A DNA stretch of 64,000 nucleotides, from contig SCTX01000030.1 in NCBI GenBank assembly GCA_004298385.1, positions 12,069 to 76,068 on the forward strand. Reading direction: 5' to 3'. The DNA is from Betaproteobacteria bacterium. Its GTDB lineage: Bacteria > Pseudomonadota > Gammaproteobacteria > Burkholderiales > SG8-39. Both the position numbers and the translations under genes were made by a program. The notes below the pieces were generated by a model. The model had not been told where the DNA came from and made no database searches. It saw only the letters and a program-made list of their open reading frames with translations. Below are positions 51,484 to 61,108 of this stretch, piece by piece. Numbering within the stretch: position 1 is the stretch's first letter; each line of letters starts with the position of its first letter.

Positions 51484-52158
51484 ATGGCTACCCTCTATCT
51501 GGTCCGTCACGGCCAGGCCTCCTTCGCCGCCGAGAACTACGATCGGCTGAGCGAGCTCGGCCGGCGGCAGTCGGTCTGGCTCGGCGAATATTTCGCCGAG
51601 CGCGGCATCGTATTCTCGCGCGCGGTCTGCGGCACGTTGGAGCGCCAGCGCCAGACGGCGCGCGCGATCCTCGAAACGATGGGTTCGGCGCTGACGGCCG
51701 CGGAACATCCCGACTGGAACGAGTATTCGGGCGAAGCGCTGTACCAGGCCTACCTCGGCGACGAATGGTCACAGGCTCGCGCCAAAGGCGACGTGCGCTC
51801 GGTTTACCGCACCATCAAGGCGGCGCTGGCGGCATGGTCGGAGGATAAGCTGCAAGGGCCGCTGCCCGAAACCTGGCGCGCTTTCGGCGAACGCATTGCC
51901 GCGGCCATGCAAAGCGCCTGCGCCGATCTGCCCGATGATGCCAATGTGCTTGCCGCGACTTCAGGCGGGGCCATCGGGCGCGGGATCGCCGACCTGCTGC
52001 AGGCGCCCGCGCGGACCGCGATAGAGTTCAGCCTGCAGTTTCGCAATTCCGGATTCTGCGAGATTTTCTTCAACCCGCGCTCGATGCGCCTGGTGAGTTT
52101 CAATTGCGTGCCGCACTTGGAGCGCGGCGACCGGCGCGAGGCGATCACCTACTCATAG
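51484..52158 (+). CDS. Histidine phosphatase (phosphoglycerate mutase) family protein
   Basis: Starts MATLYLVRHGQASF (RHG motif). 224 aa. Confidence 0.8.
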   Translation: MATLYLVRHGQASFAAENYDRLSELGRRQSVWLGEYFAERGIVFSRAVCGTLERQRQTARAILETMGSALTAAEHPDWNEYSGEALYQAYLGDEWSQARAKGDVRSVYRTIKAALAAWSEDKLQGPLPETWRAFGERIAAAMQSACADLPDDANVLAATSGGAIGRGIADLLQAPARTAIEFSLQFRNSGFCEIFFNPRSMRLVSFNCVPHLERGDRREAITYS

Positions 52159-52222
52159 AGCGCATTTCAAGATTAACTCTAGGGGCTGTTAACCGGCGAA
52201 ACATTCTGTTAACTTGAACAAG

Positions 52223-52285
52223 CCTCGTTTTTGTATGGATGGTGAATATCCGTACAAAAACGAGGTTGGCGCGCGTAGCGCGCAA
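52223..52285. repeat. GTACGGATG-family hairpin repeat, copy 4, with a TTGGCGCGCGTAGCGCGCAA tail
   Basis: CCTCGTTTTTGTATGGATG-GTGAAT-ATCCGTACAAAAACGAGG (one G-T wobble) with the same tail as copy 3. Confidence 0.8.
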
Positions 52286-52418
52286 GTGTTGCCAAAACCC
52301 ATACGGACGAAAAACCCGTCCCTGCGGATCGTTGCTTGCGCACCGATGATAACGCTATCCGCACGCAAGCGATGAACTTTGAAGAACCCGTTTTCCTCAT
52401 TTTGAAATAGGTTCTCAA

Positions 52419-53393
52419 TCAATGCAGCCTCGGCTTCTTGAGAAAATCGCCGCGATCGGCCGAGCGCACGCTGAGGCGCAAGACGTCTCCCCGGCGCGCC
52501 AGCATCAAGGGAACCTCGACGCCCGGCGCGCCCAGGCGCCAGACCTTGCGCAAAAAGTCGGCGAGGCTGAGCGTGCGCTCGCCCGCGACCCCCAGCACCA
52601 GATCGCCCGCCTGCACCCCGGCACGTTCGGCCGGGCTGCCCGGGGCTAGGCCGCCCACGATTAGGCGCCCCTCAGCCTGCTGCGTGTACATGCCCAACCA
52701 CGGATGCGGCGCGCTCGCCGCGCGCCCATGCGCGAGCAAGTCCACGAGGATGGGTTCGAGCAGATCGATGGGCACGAACATGTTGCCCTGCTCCGAGTCC
52801 TCGCCCACGGCCTCCTGCAGCAGCAGCGAGCCGATGCCGACGAGCCGCCCGCGCGCATCCAGCAGCGCCGCGCCGCCCCACTGCGGATGCGCCGGCACGG
52901 TAAACAAAGCGTCCTCGATCAGGTATTCCCAATAGCCGGCGAACTCGCGCTTGGCGATCACCTTGGCCTTGAGCGCATGCTCGAGTCCGCCGTGGCCGAT
53001 GACGAACACCTCGTCACCGGCGGCCACCGCGGTGGCGGAGCCGCGTTCGAGCAACGGCGCGCGCAAATTGCCCAGCGGCTGCACCAGTCCGAAGCCGGTG
53101 GCCTGGTCGTAAGCGAGCGCATGGCCGGCAACGACCACGCCGGCATTGGTCGTGAGCCAAATGTTCTCGGCCTCGGTGATCAGGTAGCCGATGGTAAGCA
53201 CGAGTCCGTCCTCGCGGATCACCACGCCGTAGCCGACGCGTTCGGTGCCGAGTATGCCGCCGGTAAACGCATCCTCGGGTATTTCGGCGCGCAGCAGCAC
53301 GACCGCGTCCAGCGCCTGCGCCAGATCGAAGCCGACCTCCTCCTCGCGCGGCTGCAGGGATTCGTCAAAAGCCCAGGGTTTCGTATCCGACAT
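52419..53393 (-). CDS. S1C (DegP/HtrA)-like protein with a C-terminal PDZ domain; the catalytic triad appears degenerate
   Basis: 324 aa with a trypsin-fold pattern (GYGVVIREDGLVLTIGYLI...) and a PDZ domain (GGLAPGSPAERAGVQAGDLVLGVAG). See the finding on the replaced His/Asp/Ser positions. Confidence 0.65.
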   Translation of the reverse strand: MSDTKPWAFDESLQPREEEVGFDLAQALDAVVLLRAEIPEDAFTGGILGTERVGYGVVIREDGLVLTIGYLITEAENIWLTTNAGVVVAGHALAYDQATGFGLVQPLGNLRAPLLERGSATAVAAGDEVFVIGHGGLEHALKAKVIAKREFAGYWEYLIEDALFTVPAHPQWGGAALLDARGRLVGIGSLLLQEAVGEDSEQGNMFVPIDLLEPILVDLLAHGRAASAPHPWLGMYTQQAEGRLIVGGLAPGSPAERAGVQAGDLVLGVAGERTLSLADFLRKVWRLGAPGVEVPLMLARRGDVLRLSVRSADRGDFLKKPRLH

Positions 53394-53476
53394 ATGGAAG
53401 CGATTTTGCCACGTTGCCGGCTTTTCGGCCGGGGTCGTCGTAGCCGCCCGCCCGACGCTGAATACGATTGCCTCGT

Positions 53477-53785
53477 CTACGCCGGCGAAAGAATGTGGAT
53501 CACCCGGCTCGCAATCATCTCCTTCGTCTTCGCGCTATACGCCGCCATGTGCGGTGTGGCCCCATGCGCCTTCAACGCGTCCATGCTTGCCCATTTCTCC
53601 AGCACCAGTAAGGTATCCGGGCCGTACTTCGTTTGAAACTTGGGACCGTCCTCTAAATCGACGGCGGCGCCGTACTCGATGCAGCCCGGCTCGACTTTGA
53701 CCGCTGGGACATTGGCCCGGAACGCCTGCAAAATGGAGTCGCGCATGCCGGGCTTGGCTGTGATAACGGCGACGATGTGGATCAT
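53477..53785 (-). CDS. Antibiotic-biosynthesis-monooxygenase (ABM) domain protein
   Basis: 102 aa, MIHIVAVITAKPGMRDSILQAF...PGCIEYG...VLEKWASMDALKAHGATPHM. The rest of the 454-aa ORF upstream is a high-GC artefact. Confidence 0.7.
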   Translation of the reverse strand: MIHIVAVITAKPGMRDSILQAFRANVPAVKVEPGCIEYGAAVDLEDGPKFQTKYGPDTLLVLEKWASMDALKAHGATPHMAAYSAKTKEMIASRVIHILSPA

Positions 53786-53862
53786 GATTGTTGCTCCTCG
53801 AGTGAATTGCCTGGTGGGCGGGCACGCATTGTAACCAAAGGGCCGGCTCCCGACTCGGCCGG

Positions 53863-55314
53863 CTAGTCCGGATGCTTGAGCGCGAACACTTCCGCGGAAG
53901 GAACGCGCGGTATCACGATTTTCAGAAAATGGGTGGCGTTGCGGTGCAGCCAGCGATCGGCCTCGTCCTGCGAGTGCACCACGAACTCGCCTTTGCCGCC
54001 GGAGGCGGCGGCGAAGTATTTCACCTTGTCCCCTGGCGCGGTAGCGCTGACGCTCAGGCGCAGTTCCTTCGGCTGGCCGGCGGGAATCCGTTCGTAGAAC
54101 AGGTCGAACATGCGTTGCCGGTCGATGTAAATCGTGCGGATGGAGGCATCCTGGCCATTCTTGTGCACGTGCTTGATCACCTTGTCGTGAAACATCCCGG
54201 TGAGATCGGTGTTCTGCTCGTAATTGGGCGCCAGAAATTCGATCATATAGTCGGTGACGGGTTTGCCGTACTCGTCGACCACGCGCACGTTGATCTGCAG
54301 GTGCATGTGGCGGTCTTCGTCGTTGGGGTCCGAATCCTGGACGGCGTCCGAATTTTCCATCCATTTCCGCTGCAGGTCCTGGTATTGCGCATAGTTGGGG
54401 CATCCCAGCGCGTCCCCAAGGCATTTGCGGAACAGCGCCTGCTGGTCGTCGCTCTCGCCGTCGCCGCGGATGGTGGGATCGGTGATGCTCGCGTGGTCCC
54501 GGTGCGCCATCACCGCCAGGGGAAACGCCATGGCTTCGTCGTACCTGCGCTTCCACTGGACGAGCGCACCCTGCACCAAGGCGACGCTGCCCCGCTCCAT
54601 CATGCGCATGACTGTCGGTACGTCGTCCCGGGTGAAATCCAGCGTGGCGCCATAGGCGTTCAGGTTGGCGGCGGCGACGCGCACGGTGCCGTCGGAGCCG
54701 TTCTCGTTTACCATCTGCCGCAATCCGTGCTGGTAGGGCATCGAGCCGACGATAACGAAGGGCCAGACCAGATCCACGCCGTAGATAGTCGCGATGTCGC
54801 CTTCGCCCGGCGCGAACAGATCGCGCGACGCGAGGTCCCACTGAAACGGCGAGCCCAGCGCAAGGCCGTCCAGCATCAGCTTGCCGGTGTGGAAACCGTG
54901 ATCCCAGCCTTTGACCACGCGGCCAAGGATGGTCTGGCCCACATCGGCCAGTCTGGAGCCGAAATTGGCGGGCGCGATCATCACCAAGCGCTGCACCGGC
55001 ATTTGCCCGGGCTTCGCGCCCGCGTAATAGGCCGAGAGCCAGGTGCGCGCCACCAGGCCACCCGTCGAATGCACGATCAGGTCGAACGGCAGGCTGAGCT
55101 CGTTGCCTTTCGTCTTTGCGTCGACCGCCGCCTGCATCGCCTTGGCCGCATCCTCGATGGACACGCCGTCGTCCATCGATACGTAGTCGGCGAGAAACAG
55201 GTCGAGAACCCGGAAGCCCTGAGCCTTGAGAAAATCCGCGAGCGGCTGGAACGAGCCCGAGTCGTCGGACCAGCCGTGAACAATGACCACTTGATTCCGT
55301 GTGCGATCTTGCAT
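53863..55314 (-). CDS. Alpha/beta-hydrolase (lipase/esterase-like) protein with a long unknown C-terminal region
   Basis: 483 aa with VVIVHGWSDDSGSF and the nucleophile-elbow-like IVHSTGGLVAR. Confidence 0.7.
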   Translation of the reverse strand: MQDRTRNQVVIVHGWSDDSGSFQPLADFLKAQGFRVLDLFLADYVSMDDGVSIEDAAKAMQAAVDAKTKGNELSLPFDLIVHSTGGLVARTWLSAYYAGAKPGQMPVQRLVMIAPANFGSRLADVGQTILGRVVKGWDHGFHTGKLMLDGLALGSPFQWDLASRDLFAPGEGDIATIYGVDLVWPFVIVGSMPYQHGLRQMVNENGSDGTVRVAAANLNAYGATLDFTRDDVPTVMRMMERGSVALVQGALVQWKRRYDEAMAFPLAVMAHRDHASITDPTIRGDGESDDQQALFRKCLGDALGCPNYAQYQDLQRKWMENSDAVQDSDPNDEDRHMHLQINVRVVDEYGKPVTDYMIEFLAPNYEQNTDLTGMFHDKVIKHVHKNGQDASIRTIYIDRQRMFDLFYERIPAGQPKELRLSVSATAPGDKVKYFAAASGGKGEFVVHSQDEADRWLHRNATHFLKIVIPRVPSAEVFALKHPD

Positions 55315-55459
55315 GAGGGCACTCCCTATTCGCAGGCCTTATGGTAATGCAGAACAGAAAAAGGCGTGGAACCCAGGGTAGGCCGCAAGACTGCTCGCGC
55401 TAATCTAAATGGGCGAGAGGTGGGTATTCTTTTGTGATCACGCAGTATACAATATGCCG

Positions 55460-56167
55460 ATGATTAACATTTCTGCTCTAAGATCCCTCCCTGTTCGCTC
55501 GGTCCTGGTGGATGACATTCGCGACTGGCTGCGGGATTCCATCGTCAACTTGGACATTAAGCCGGGGGAGCAGCTCAACGAATTACTGCTGGCCGAGAAA
55601 CTGGGGGTCAGCCGTTCTCCACTGCGGGAAGCCTTCCGGCTGCTGGAAGCCGAAGGTTTCATAGTCCGGCAGTCGGGCAAGGGGGTCTATGTGCGGGAAG
55701 TGACCGCCAACGATATGTTGGAACTATTCCCGGTGCGGGCCGCCCTGGAGGGGTTGGCGGCGGATCTGGCGGCCAGCCGGCTCACCGACAAGGAACTGCT
55801 GGTACTGGGCAAGATCACCGAGAAAATGGCCCAGGCCGCCGAGCAGCGGGACGTCAAAAGCTACCAGCGGCTCAATTACGAATTCCACAAAGCCATCGTG
55901 CGGGGCGCCCACAACCACCGCCTGGAAGAGATCATCAACAATCTTGGGCAGCAGGCCATGTGGTTTTTCTTCGCCACCTTGCTGTTCAAGAAATCCATGG
56001 ACTACACCATGGACAGTCACCGCGAGATCTACCTGGCGCTGAAAGCCCGGGACGGAAAATTGGCGGCCCAGCGCATCAGCGAGCACATCGTCGAAGGCGG
56101 CAAAGAGGTTCTCGGCTTGTTCCCCTTGTCGGACAAGGCAACCCGAAAAACCCCCCTTATTTTTTGA
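55460..56167 (+). CDS. GntR-family (FadR/FCD-type) transcriptional regulator
   Basis: HTH region LLLAEKLGVSRSPLREAFRLLEAEGFIVRQSGKGVYV followed by a helical FCD-like C-terminal domain. The start could be 55454. Confidence 0.85.
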   Translation: MINISALRSLPVRSVLVDDIRDWLRDSIVNLDIKPGEQLNELLLAEKLGVSRSPLREAFRLLEAEGFIVRQSGKGVYVREVTANDMLELFPVRAALEGLAADLAASRLTDKELLVLGKITEKMAQAAEQRDVKSYQRLNYEFHKAIVRGAHNHRLEEIINNLGQQAMWFFFATLLFKKSMDYTMDSHREIYLALKARDGKLAAQRISEHIVEGGKEVLGLFPLSDKATRKTPLIF

Positions 56168-56254
56168 TTTATTCCGTATCCGATATTCAGCATGCAGCCC
56201 GGTTTCGGCTAACTGCAACCTAGCCATTACGAACAGAGAAACTCCTAACTGAAG

Positions 56255-57418
56255 ATGATGTTGTCGGGACTAACGGTGGTGGAAGCGGGCGAATTCGTCG
56301 CCGCTCCCTATTGCGGCAGGCTGCTGGCGGACTTGGGAGCGCGGGTCATCAAGCTGGAGCCTCCCGGCGGGGATCTAGCCCGGCGCTACGGGCCGTTTCC
56401 CGGCGGGGTGCCGGATCCGGAAAAAAGCGGCCTGTTCGCCTTTCTCAACACAGGTAAGGAGTCGGTGGTAGCCGACTTTGCCGACCCTGCGGGGCGCGAG
56501 CAGGCCCGGGCGTTGGCGGCGCGGGCCGACGTCTGGATCACCGGCTACCCCTGCCGCCAACTCACCGAGCAGGGGCTAGACTGGGATATCCTGGGCCGCG
56601 CCCACCCCCGGCTGGTGTACTGTGCCCTGAGCACCTTCGGCTGGAGCGGACCTTACCGGGACCGGCAAGGAGGCGGGTTCCATGCCTCGGCACTGGCCGG
56701 GGTAACGTGGGCTATCGGCAATCCGGGACGGCCGCCGCTGCAATTACCCCTGACCCAGGCCGATTTCCAGGGCGGGGCGAACGCCGCCTGCGCCATCCTC
56801 GTTGCCCTGTACGCGAGACGCCGCAGCGGCGCAGGCCAGTTCATCGATGTGGCCTTGGCCGAGGTGCTGGCGAATTACGCCGGGATCGGCTCTACCTTAT
56901 ATCTCTACTATGGCCTGCAGTGGCGCCGCGATGGACAACGGGCCTCGGGATCCATGGGCCCCTATCCGCTGGGCATCTTTCCCTGCAAGGATGGCTTGGT
57001 GGTGCTGATTGCCCGCACCCTCCGGGACTGGGATCGATTTCTCAAAGCCATGGGCTCCCCCCCTTGGGCGGACAACTCCCGCTACCGTGATCAGGTGGCC
57101 ATGGGCCGGGATTATCCCGACGAGGTGGATGCGTTGGTCAAGGATCTGCTGAAGGATCACAGCCAGGAGGATCTGTTCCGCATTGCAAGGGAATACGGCT
57201 TTCCCCTGGCACCGCTGCGCACTATTCGGGATTCCCTGGAGGACCCTCAATTCGCCCACCGGGGCTTTTTCGAAACCGTCGAATTGCCGGGCATCGGGCC
57301 GGTGAAGCTGCCTCGACTGCCGTTTCAGTTTTCCTCGGTAAAGCCCAGGCCCCTCGCCGCGCCCCCACGGTTGGGCCAACACACCGAAGCGGCGCTTCGG
57401 GAACTGCGCGCAGGTTAA
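56255..57418 (+). CDS. Family III (CaiB/BaiF) CoA-transferase
   Basis: 387 aa with LSGLTVVEAGEFVAAPYCGRLLADLGARVIKLEPPGGD. Confidence 0.85.
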   Translation: MMLSGLTVVEAGEFVAAPYCGRLLADLGARVIKLEPPGGDLARRYGPFPGGVPDPEKSGLFAFLNTGKESVVADFADPAGREQARALAARADVWITGYPCRQLTEQGLDWDILGRAHPRLVYCALSTFGWSGPYRDRQGGGFHASALAGVTWAIGNPGRPPLQLPLTQADFQGGANAACAILVALYARRRSGAGQFIDVALAEVLANYAGIGSTLYLYYGLQWRRDGQRASGSMGPYPLGIFPCKDGLVVLIARTLRDWDRFLKAMGSPPWADNSRYRDQVAMGRDYPDEVDALVKDLLKDHSQEDLFRIAREYGFPLAPLRTIRDSLEDPQFAHRGFFETVELPGIGPVKLPRLPFQFSSVKPRPLAAPPRLGQHTEAALRELRAG

Positions 57419-57423
57419 GGCCC

Positions 57424-58656
57424 ATGTTGCCTTTGCAAGGATTGCGGGTGCTGGATTTGGGATGGGTCTGGGCAGGTCCCATGGCTGTTTGTTATCTCGC
57501 CGACCTGGGAGCGGAAGTCATCAAGCTGGAGCACACCGAGCGGCTGGACAATTCGCGGCTGCGGGGTGCTCCCATTATTAACGGCAAAAAATTCTCCATC
57601 CCCGGCAAATCCATCGAGCTGGGGCCTTTTTACCACAACTCCAACCGTCACAAACTCTCCGCCCGGCTCAATCTCAAGCATCCCAAGGGCGCCGAGCTAT
57701 TCCGGGCTCTGACGGCGAAAAGCGACGTGGTGCTGGAGAATTTCACTCCCGGTACCATGGAAGATCTGGGATTGGATTACCCCGCCCTTGCCCGCCTCAA
57801 GCCGGACCTGGTGATGATCTCTCTGTCCACCGCCGGTCAGACTGGGCCCATTGCCGACCTTCGGGGTTATGCCCCAGTGATTTCAGCCTACTCCGGCATG
57901 GAAGCCTTAGTGGGGTACGAAGGGGAACCTCCCACCGGGATGCTGAACTTCGGCCTCAACGACTCCAGTTCGGGCGTGCATGCCTTGTTCGCCATGATGG
58001 CGGCCCTTCTCTACCGCGAGGAAACCGGCCAGGGCCAGTACATCGATATGTCCCAAATGGAAGTAGGCGCGGCGCCTCTAGCCGAAGCGATGCTGGAATA
58101 CCAGTTCAATGGCACGGTCATGCAGAGCATCGGCAACCGCCATCGGCTATACTGCCCCCATGGTGCCTTTCCCTGCGCCGGGGAGGATCGCTGGATCGCG
58201 GTAAGCGTGGAACACGACGATCACTGGCAGGCCTTGCGCACTGCCTTGGGCGACCCGGAATGGACGCGGGACGACTCCTGCCGCACCGCCGCCGGCCGGC
58301 TCGCCTCCCGATCCAGGCTGGAGACGGAACTGACCCGTTGGACCGCCACCCAATCCCGGGAAGCGGCGGTCGAGCAACTCGTTGCCGCCGGTGTGCCGGC
58401 GACCCCGGTGTTGTCGATGGAAGAGCAATTCGTCGATCCCCATTTCGCCGCCCGGCAGACTCGGCAGCAAACCGTTCATCCCCTGCTGGGGGAGGAAATG
58501 CTGTACCGCCTGCCCTGGCAAATGTCCGCTACTTCCATCTCCATTCGGGGCTCCGCCCCGCAGCTCGGCGAGCACGACGATTACGTTTACGGAGATATTC
58601 TCGGCCTGGACATTGAGACCATCCGCGACTTGCAGCAGCAAAAAATCATTTACTGA
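57424..58656 (+). CDS. Family III (CaiB/BaiF) CoA-transferase
   Basis: 410 aa with LQGLRVLDLGWVWAGPMAVCYLADLGAEVIKLE. Confidence 0.85.
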   Translation: MLPLQGLRVLDLGWVWAGPMAVCYLADLGAEVIKLEHTERLDNSRLRGAPIINGKKFSIPGKSIELGPFYHNSNRHKLSARLNLKHPKGAELFRALTAKSDVVLENFTPGTMEDLGLDYPALARLKPDLVMISLSTAGQTGPIADLRGYAPVISAYSGMEALVGYEGEPPTGMLNFGLNDSSSGVHALFAMMAALLYREETGQGQYIDMSQMEVGAAPLAEAMLEYQFNGTVMQSIGNRHRLYCPHGAFPCAGEDRWIAVSVEHDDHWQALRTALGDPEWTRDDSCRTAAGRLASRSRLETELTRWTATQSREAAVEQLVAAGVPATPVLSMEEQFVDPHFAARQTRQQTVHPLLGEEMLYRLPWQMSATSISIRGSAPQLGEHDDYVYGDILGLDIETIRDLQQQKIIY

Positions 58657-58680
58657 TTACCCACCGAAAGGAACCATACC

Positions 58681-59805
58681 GTGTCCAGCAACAAGAGATT
58701 TCCCCTCATTACCGATCAAGCCCTCGCCGAATTGCGTCAGCGCGTCGGCAAGAAACTGGAAAAGCAAATCATCTGGATCAGCGAGTGCAACGAGGAAGCC
58801 ATCCGCCACTATGCCCACGGCATCGGTGACGACAACCCCCTATGGTGCGACCCCGAATACGCGAAGACGACCCGCTATGGCTCTCTGCTGGCCCCGCCGT
58901 CCATTCTCCACGCCATGACCCCCATGAATGCCTTCCAAGGGCTGCCGGGAATCCATGCCATGTACGCCGGCGGCGATTGGACATGGCATTCACCCATGCG
59001 CGTCGGCGACAAAATCCGCACCGAGACTGCTCTCAAGGATCTCATTGAACACAAAACCCGGTTCTCCGGCCGCTCGATCCAGCAAGTGGTGCATTTTGAC
59101 CTCTACAACCAGCGCAACGAAAAAGTGGCGGAATGCGACCAATGGGCCTTCCGCACCGAGAGGGACACGGCCCGGGAAAAAGGGGTTAAGTACAAGAACC
59201 TGAAAGCCCAAAAAGTCTATAGCGACGAGGAAATCCAGCGGATCGCCGACGCCTATGCCAACGAATACGTGCGTGGCCGGGATACGCTCTACTGGGAAGA
59301 CGCAAAGGTCGGCGACGCTTTGCCCCCCATCCTCAAGGGCCCCATGACCATCACCGGCTTTATCGCTTTTGTTCAGGGCTGGGGGGGCATCTTCGTCCGC
59401 GCTCACAAGCTGGCTTTCAAGCTGTTTCGCAGCGCCCCCGGCTCGGCCATTCCCAATTCCCGCAACATCCCCGACGTTCCGGAGCGGGTCCACTGGGAAA
59501 ACGAGTTCGCCACCCGGGTGGGAGCGCCGGCGCCTTACGACTACGGCCCCGAGCGCATTTCCTGGATGAGCCACATCATGACCAACTGGATCGGCGACGA
59601 TGGCTGGCTCTACCGGCTCAACGCCCGCATCCGCCGCCACAACCCGGAAGGAGATTTGCTCACCATCAGCGGCAAAGTCATTGCCAAGGGAGAGGAAGCC
59701 GGCAAAGCCACGGTCACCTGCGAGCTGCGAGCGGAAAACCAAGATGGCGAGCTGTCCTGCGAAGGCACCGCGGTAGCTATCCTCCCCCGCAAGAAATCCG
59801 CCTAG
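58681..59805 (+). CDS. Fused double hot-dog (FAS1-like N-terminal plus MaoC-like) acyl dehydratase
   Basis: GTG start, 374 aa. Contains HYAHGIGDDNPLWCDPEYA and a C-terminal hot-dog pattern. The assignment is moderate. Confidence 0.65.
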   Translation: MSSNKRFPLITDQALAELRQRVGKKLEKQIIWISECNEEAIRHYAHGIGDDNPLWCDPEYAKTTRYGSLLAPPSILHAMTPMNAFQGLPGIHAMYAGGDWTWHSPMRVGDKIRTETALKDLIEHKTRFSGRSIQQVVHFDLYNQRNEKVAECDQWAFRTERDTAREKGVKYKNLKAQKVYSDEEIQRIADAYANEYVRGRDTLYWEDAKVGDALPPILKGPMTITGFIAFVQGWGGIFVRAHKLAFKLFRSAPGSAIPNSRNIPDVPERVHWENEFATRVGAPAPYDYGPERISWMSHIMTNWIGDDGWLYRLNARIRRHNPEGDLLTISGKVIAKGEEAGKATVTCELRAENQDGELSCEGTAVAILPRKKSA

Positions 59806-59828
59806 TACTCATTCATTTCGGAGCTATC

Positions 59829-59928
59829 ATGAAGCAGTCGCAAGAAATCCGTCGGACACTTTCCCACCATCAACGACGACGCCCTTGAAGACCTGCGCCG
59901 CAGCATCGGCGTGAAGAAGGAGGAATAG
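59829..59928 (+). pseudogene. Frameshifted remnant of a second dehydratase N-terminus
   Basis: ATG at 59829. After a +1 shift the frame reads FPTINDDALEDLRRSIGVKKEE*, which parallels FPLITDQALAELRQRVGKKLEK of the 58681 gene. Confidence 0.4.
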
Positions 59929-59969
59929 AGGTTCCCCATCGATGTTCCTTGACCAAGGAGGAAGCACCA

Positions 59970-60938
59970 ATGAAGAGCTTAGCCATCATCGTTTCATCTA
60001 TGCTGCTGGTGGGGGTCGCGTCAACCCTGCCGGTGAACGCCCAGACCTATCCCAACAAACCGGTTCGCATGGTGGTGCCCTATCCGGCCGGCCAGGCCAC
60101 CGACATCATGGCCCGAGCCATCGCTGAGCGCTTGTCACAACGTCTCGGGCACCCGGTGGTGATAGACAACCGGCCGGGCGCTGGCGGCAACATTGGCACC
60201 GACGCGGTGGCGAAAGCGGCCCCCGACGGCTATACGCTGCTGATGGGAACCAACGCCACCCATGCCATGAACGCCAGTTTGTATAGCAACATCCCCTTCG
60301 ACCATATCAAGGATTTTTCCCCGGTCATCCTGGTGGGCACCCTGCCGCTGATCCTGGTGGCCCATCCTTCGATTCCCGCCAACTCCGTCAAGGAGGTCAT
60401 AGAGCTTGCCAAAGCCAAGCCCGGCGCCCTCAATTTCGGTATCGGCAGCACCAGCTCGCGGGTATCGGCCGAATTGTTCAAGCGCATGACGAACATCGAC
60501 ATCGTCCCGATACTCTACAAGGGCGCTACGGCGATGTTCACCGATCTCATCGGCGGCCAGATCCAGTTCGGCTTTGAAACCGTGGCCACGGCGCTGCCAC
60601 AGGTCAAAGCCGGCAAGGTCAAATCCGTAGCCGTCACCAGCGCCAAGCGAACCGATCTGGCCCCCGCTGTTCCCACCTTCGCCGAGTCGGGTCTGGCGGG
60701 CTACGACGTGGTGGGGTGGAACGCGTTGTTTGCCCCCCAGGGCACCCCTCCCGAAATCGTCGCCAAGCTCAACGCCGAAATCGGCAAGATCCTGCAAACC
60801 CCGGAGATAATGCAACGCATGGCTTCCATCGGTTTTGACCCGGCGGGGGGCACTGCCGAGCAGTTGGCCGCCTATGTGCGCTCGGAAACCGACAAGTGGG
60901 GGCAGACCATCAAAGCCGCCGGGATTCGGGTGGATTAG
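59970..60938 (+). CDS. Bug-family (TctC-like) tripartite tricarboxylate transporter substrate-binding protein
   Basis: Has a signal peptide followed by YPNKPVRMVVPYPAGQATDIMARAIAERLSQRLGHPVVIDNRPGAGGNIG. Confidence 0.85.
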   Translation: MKSLAIIVSSMLLVGVASTLPVNAQTYPNKPVRMVVPYPAGQATDIMARAIAERLSQRLGHPVVIDNRPGAGGNIGTDAVAKAAPDGYTLLMGTNATHAMNASLYSNIPFDHIKDFSPVILVGTLPLILVAHPSIPANSVKEVIELAKAKPGALNFGIGSTSSRVSAELFKRMTNIDIVPILYKGATAMFTDLIGGQIQFGFETVATALPQVKAGKVKSVAVTSAKRTDLAPAVPTFAESGLAGYDVVGWNALFAPQGTPPEIVAKLNAEIGKILQTPEIMQRMASIGFDPAGGTAEQLAAYVRSETDKWGQTIKAAGIRVD

Positions 60939-61108
60939 GACGCGGGGGGACGACGATGCAAGCCGCGGAATGGGTCGGGCATTTGGCGGGGGTTAAGGTT
61001 CTCGATTTGTTTGTATTTGCAAAGGGAACTCCGAATAGCTACATCCCATTTGTCACCCAGGGTGCCGCTTTCATTCGGCGAAGCGGCGCCGCCGAAAAAG
61101 GAAACTCG

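Noticed and set aside
51285-51848. ORFs 51088-51708(-) and 51285-51848(+) across the 51.1-51.5 kb intergenic region.
   Set aside because: Their composition is Arg/Gly-rich and non-coding. Only the last 55 codons of the minus-strand ORF look protein-like, and those are listed at low confidence. The + strand ORF is out of frame with the histidine phosphatase gene.
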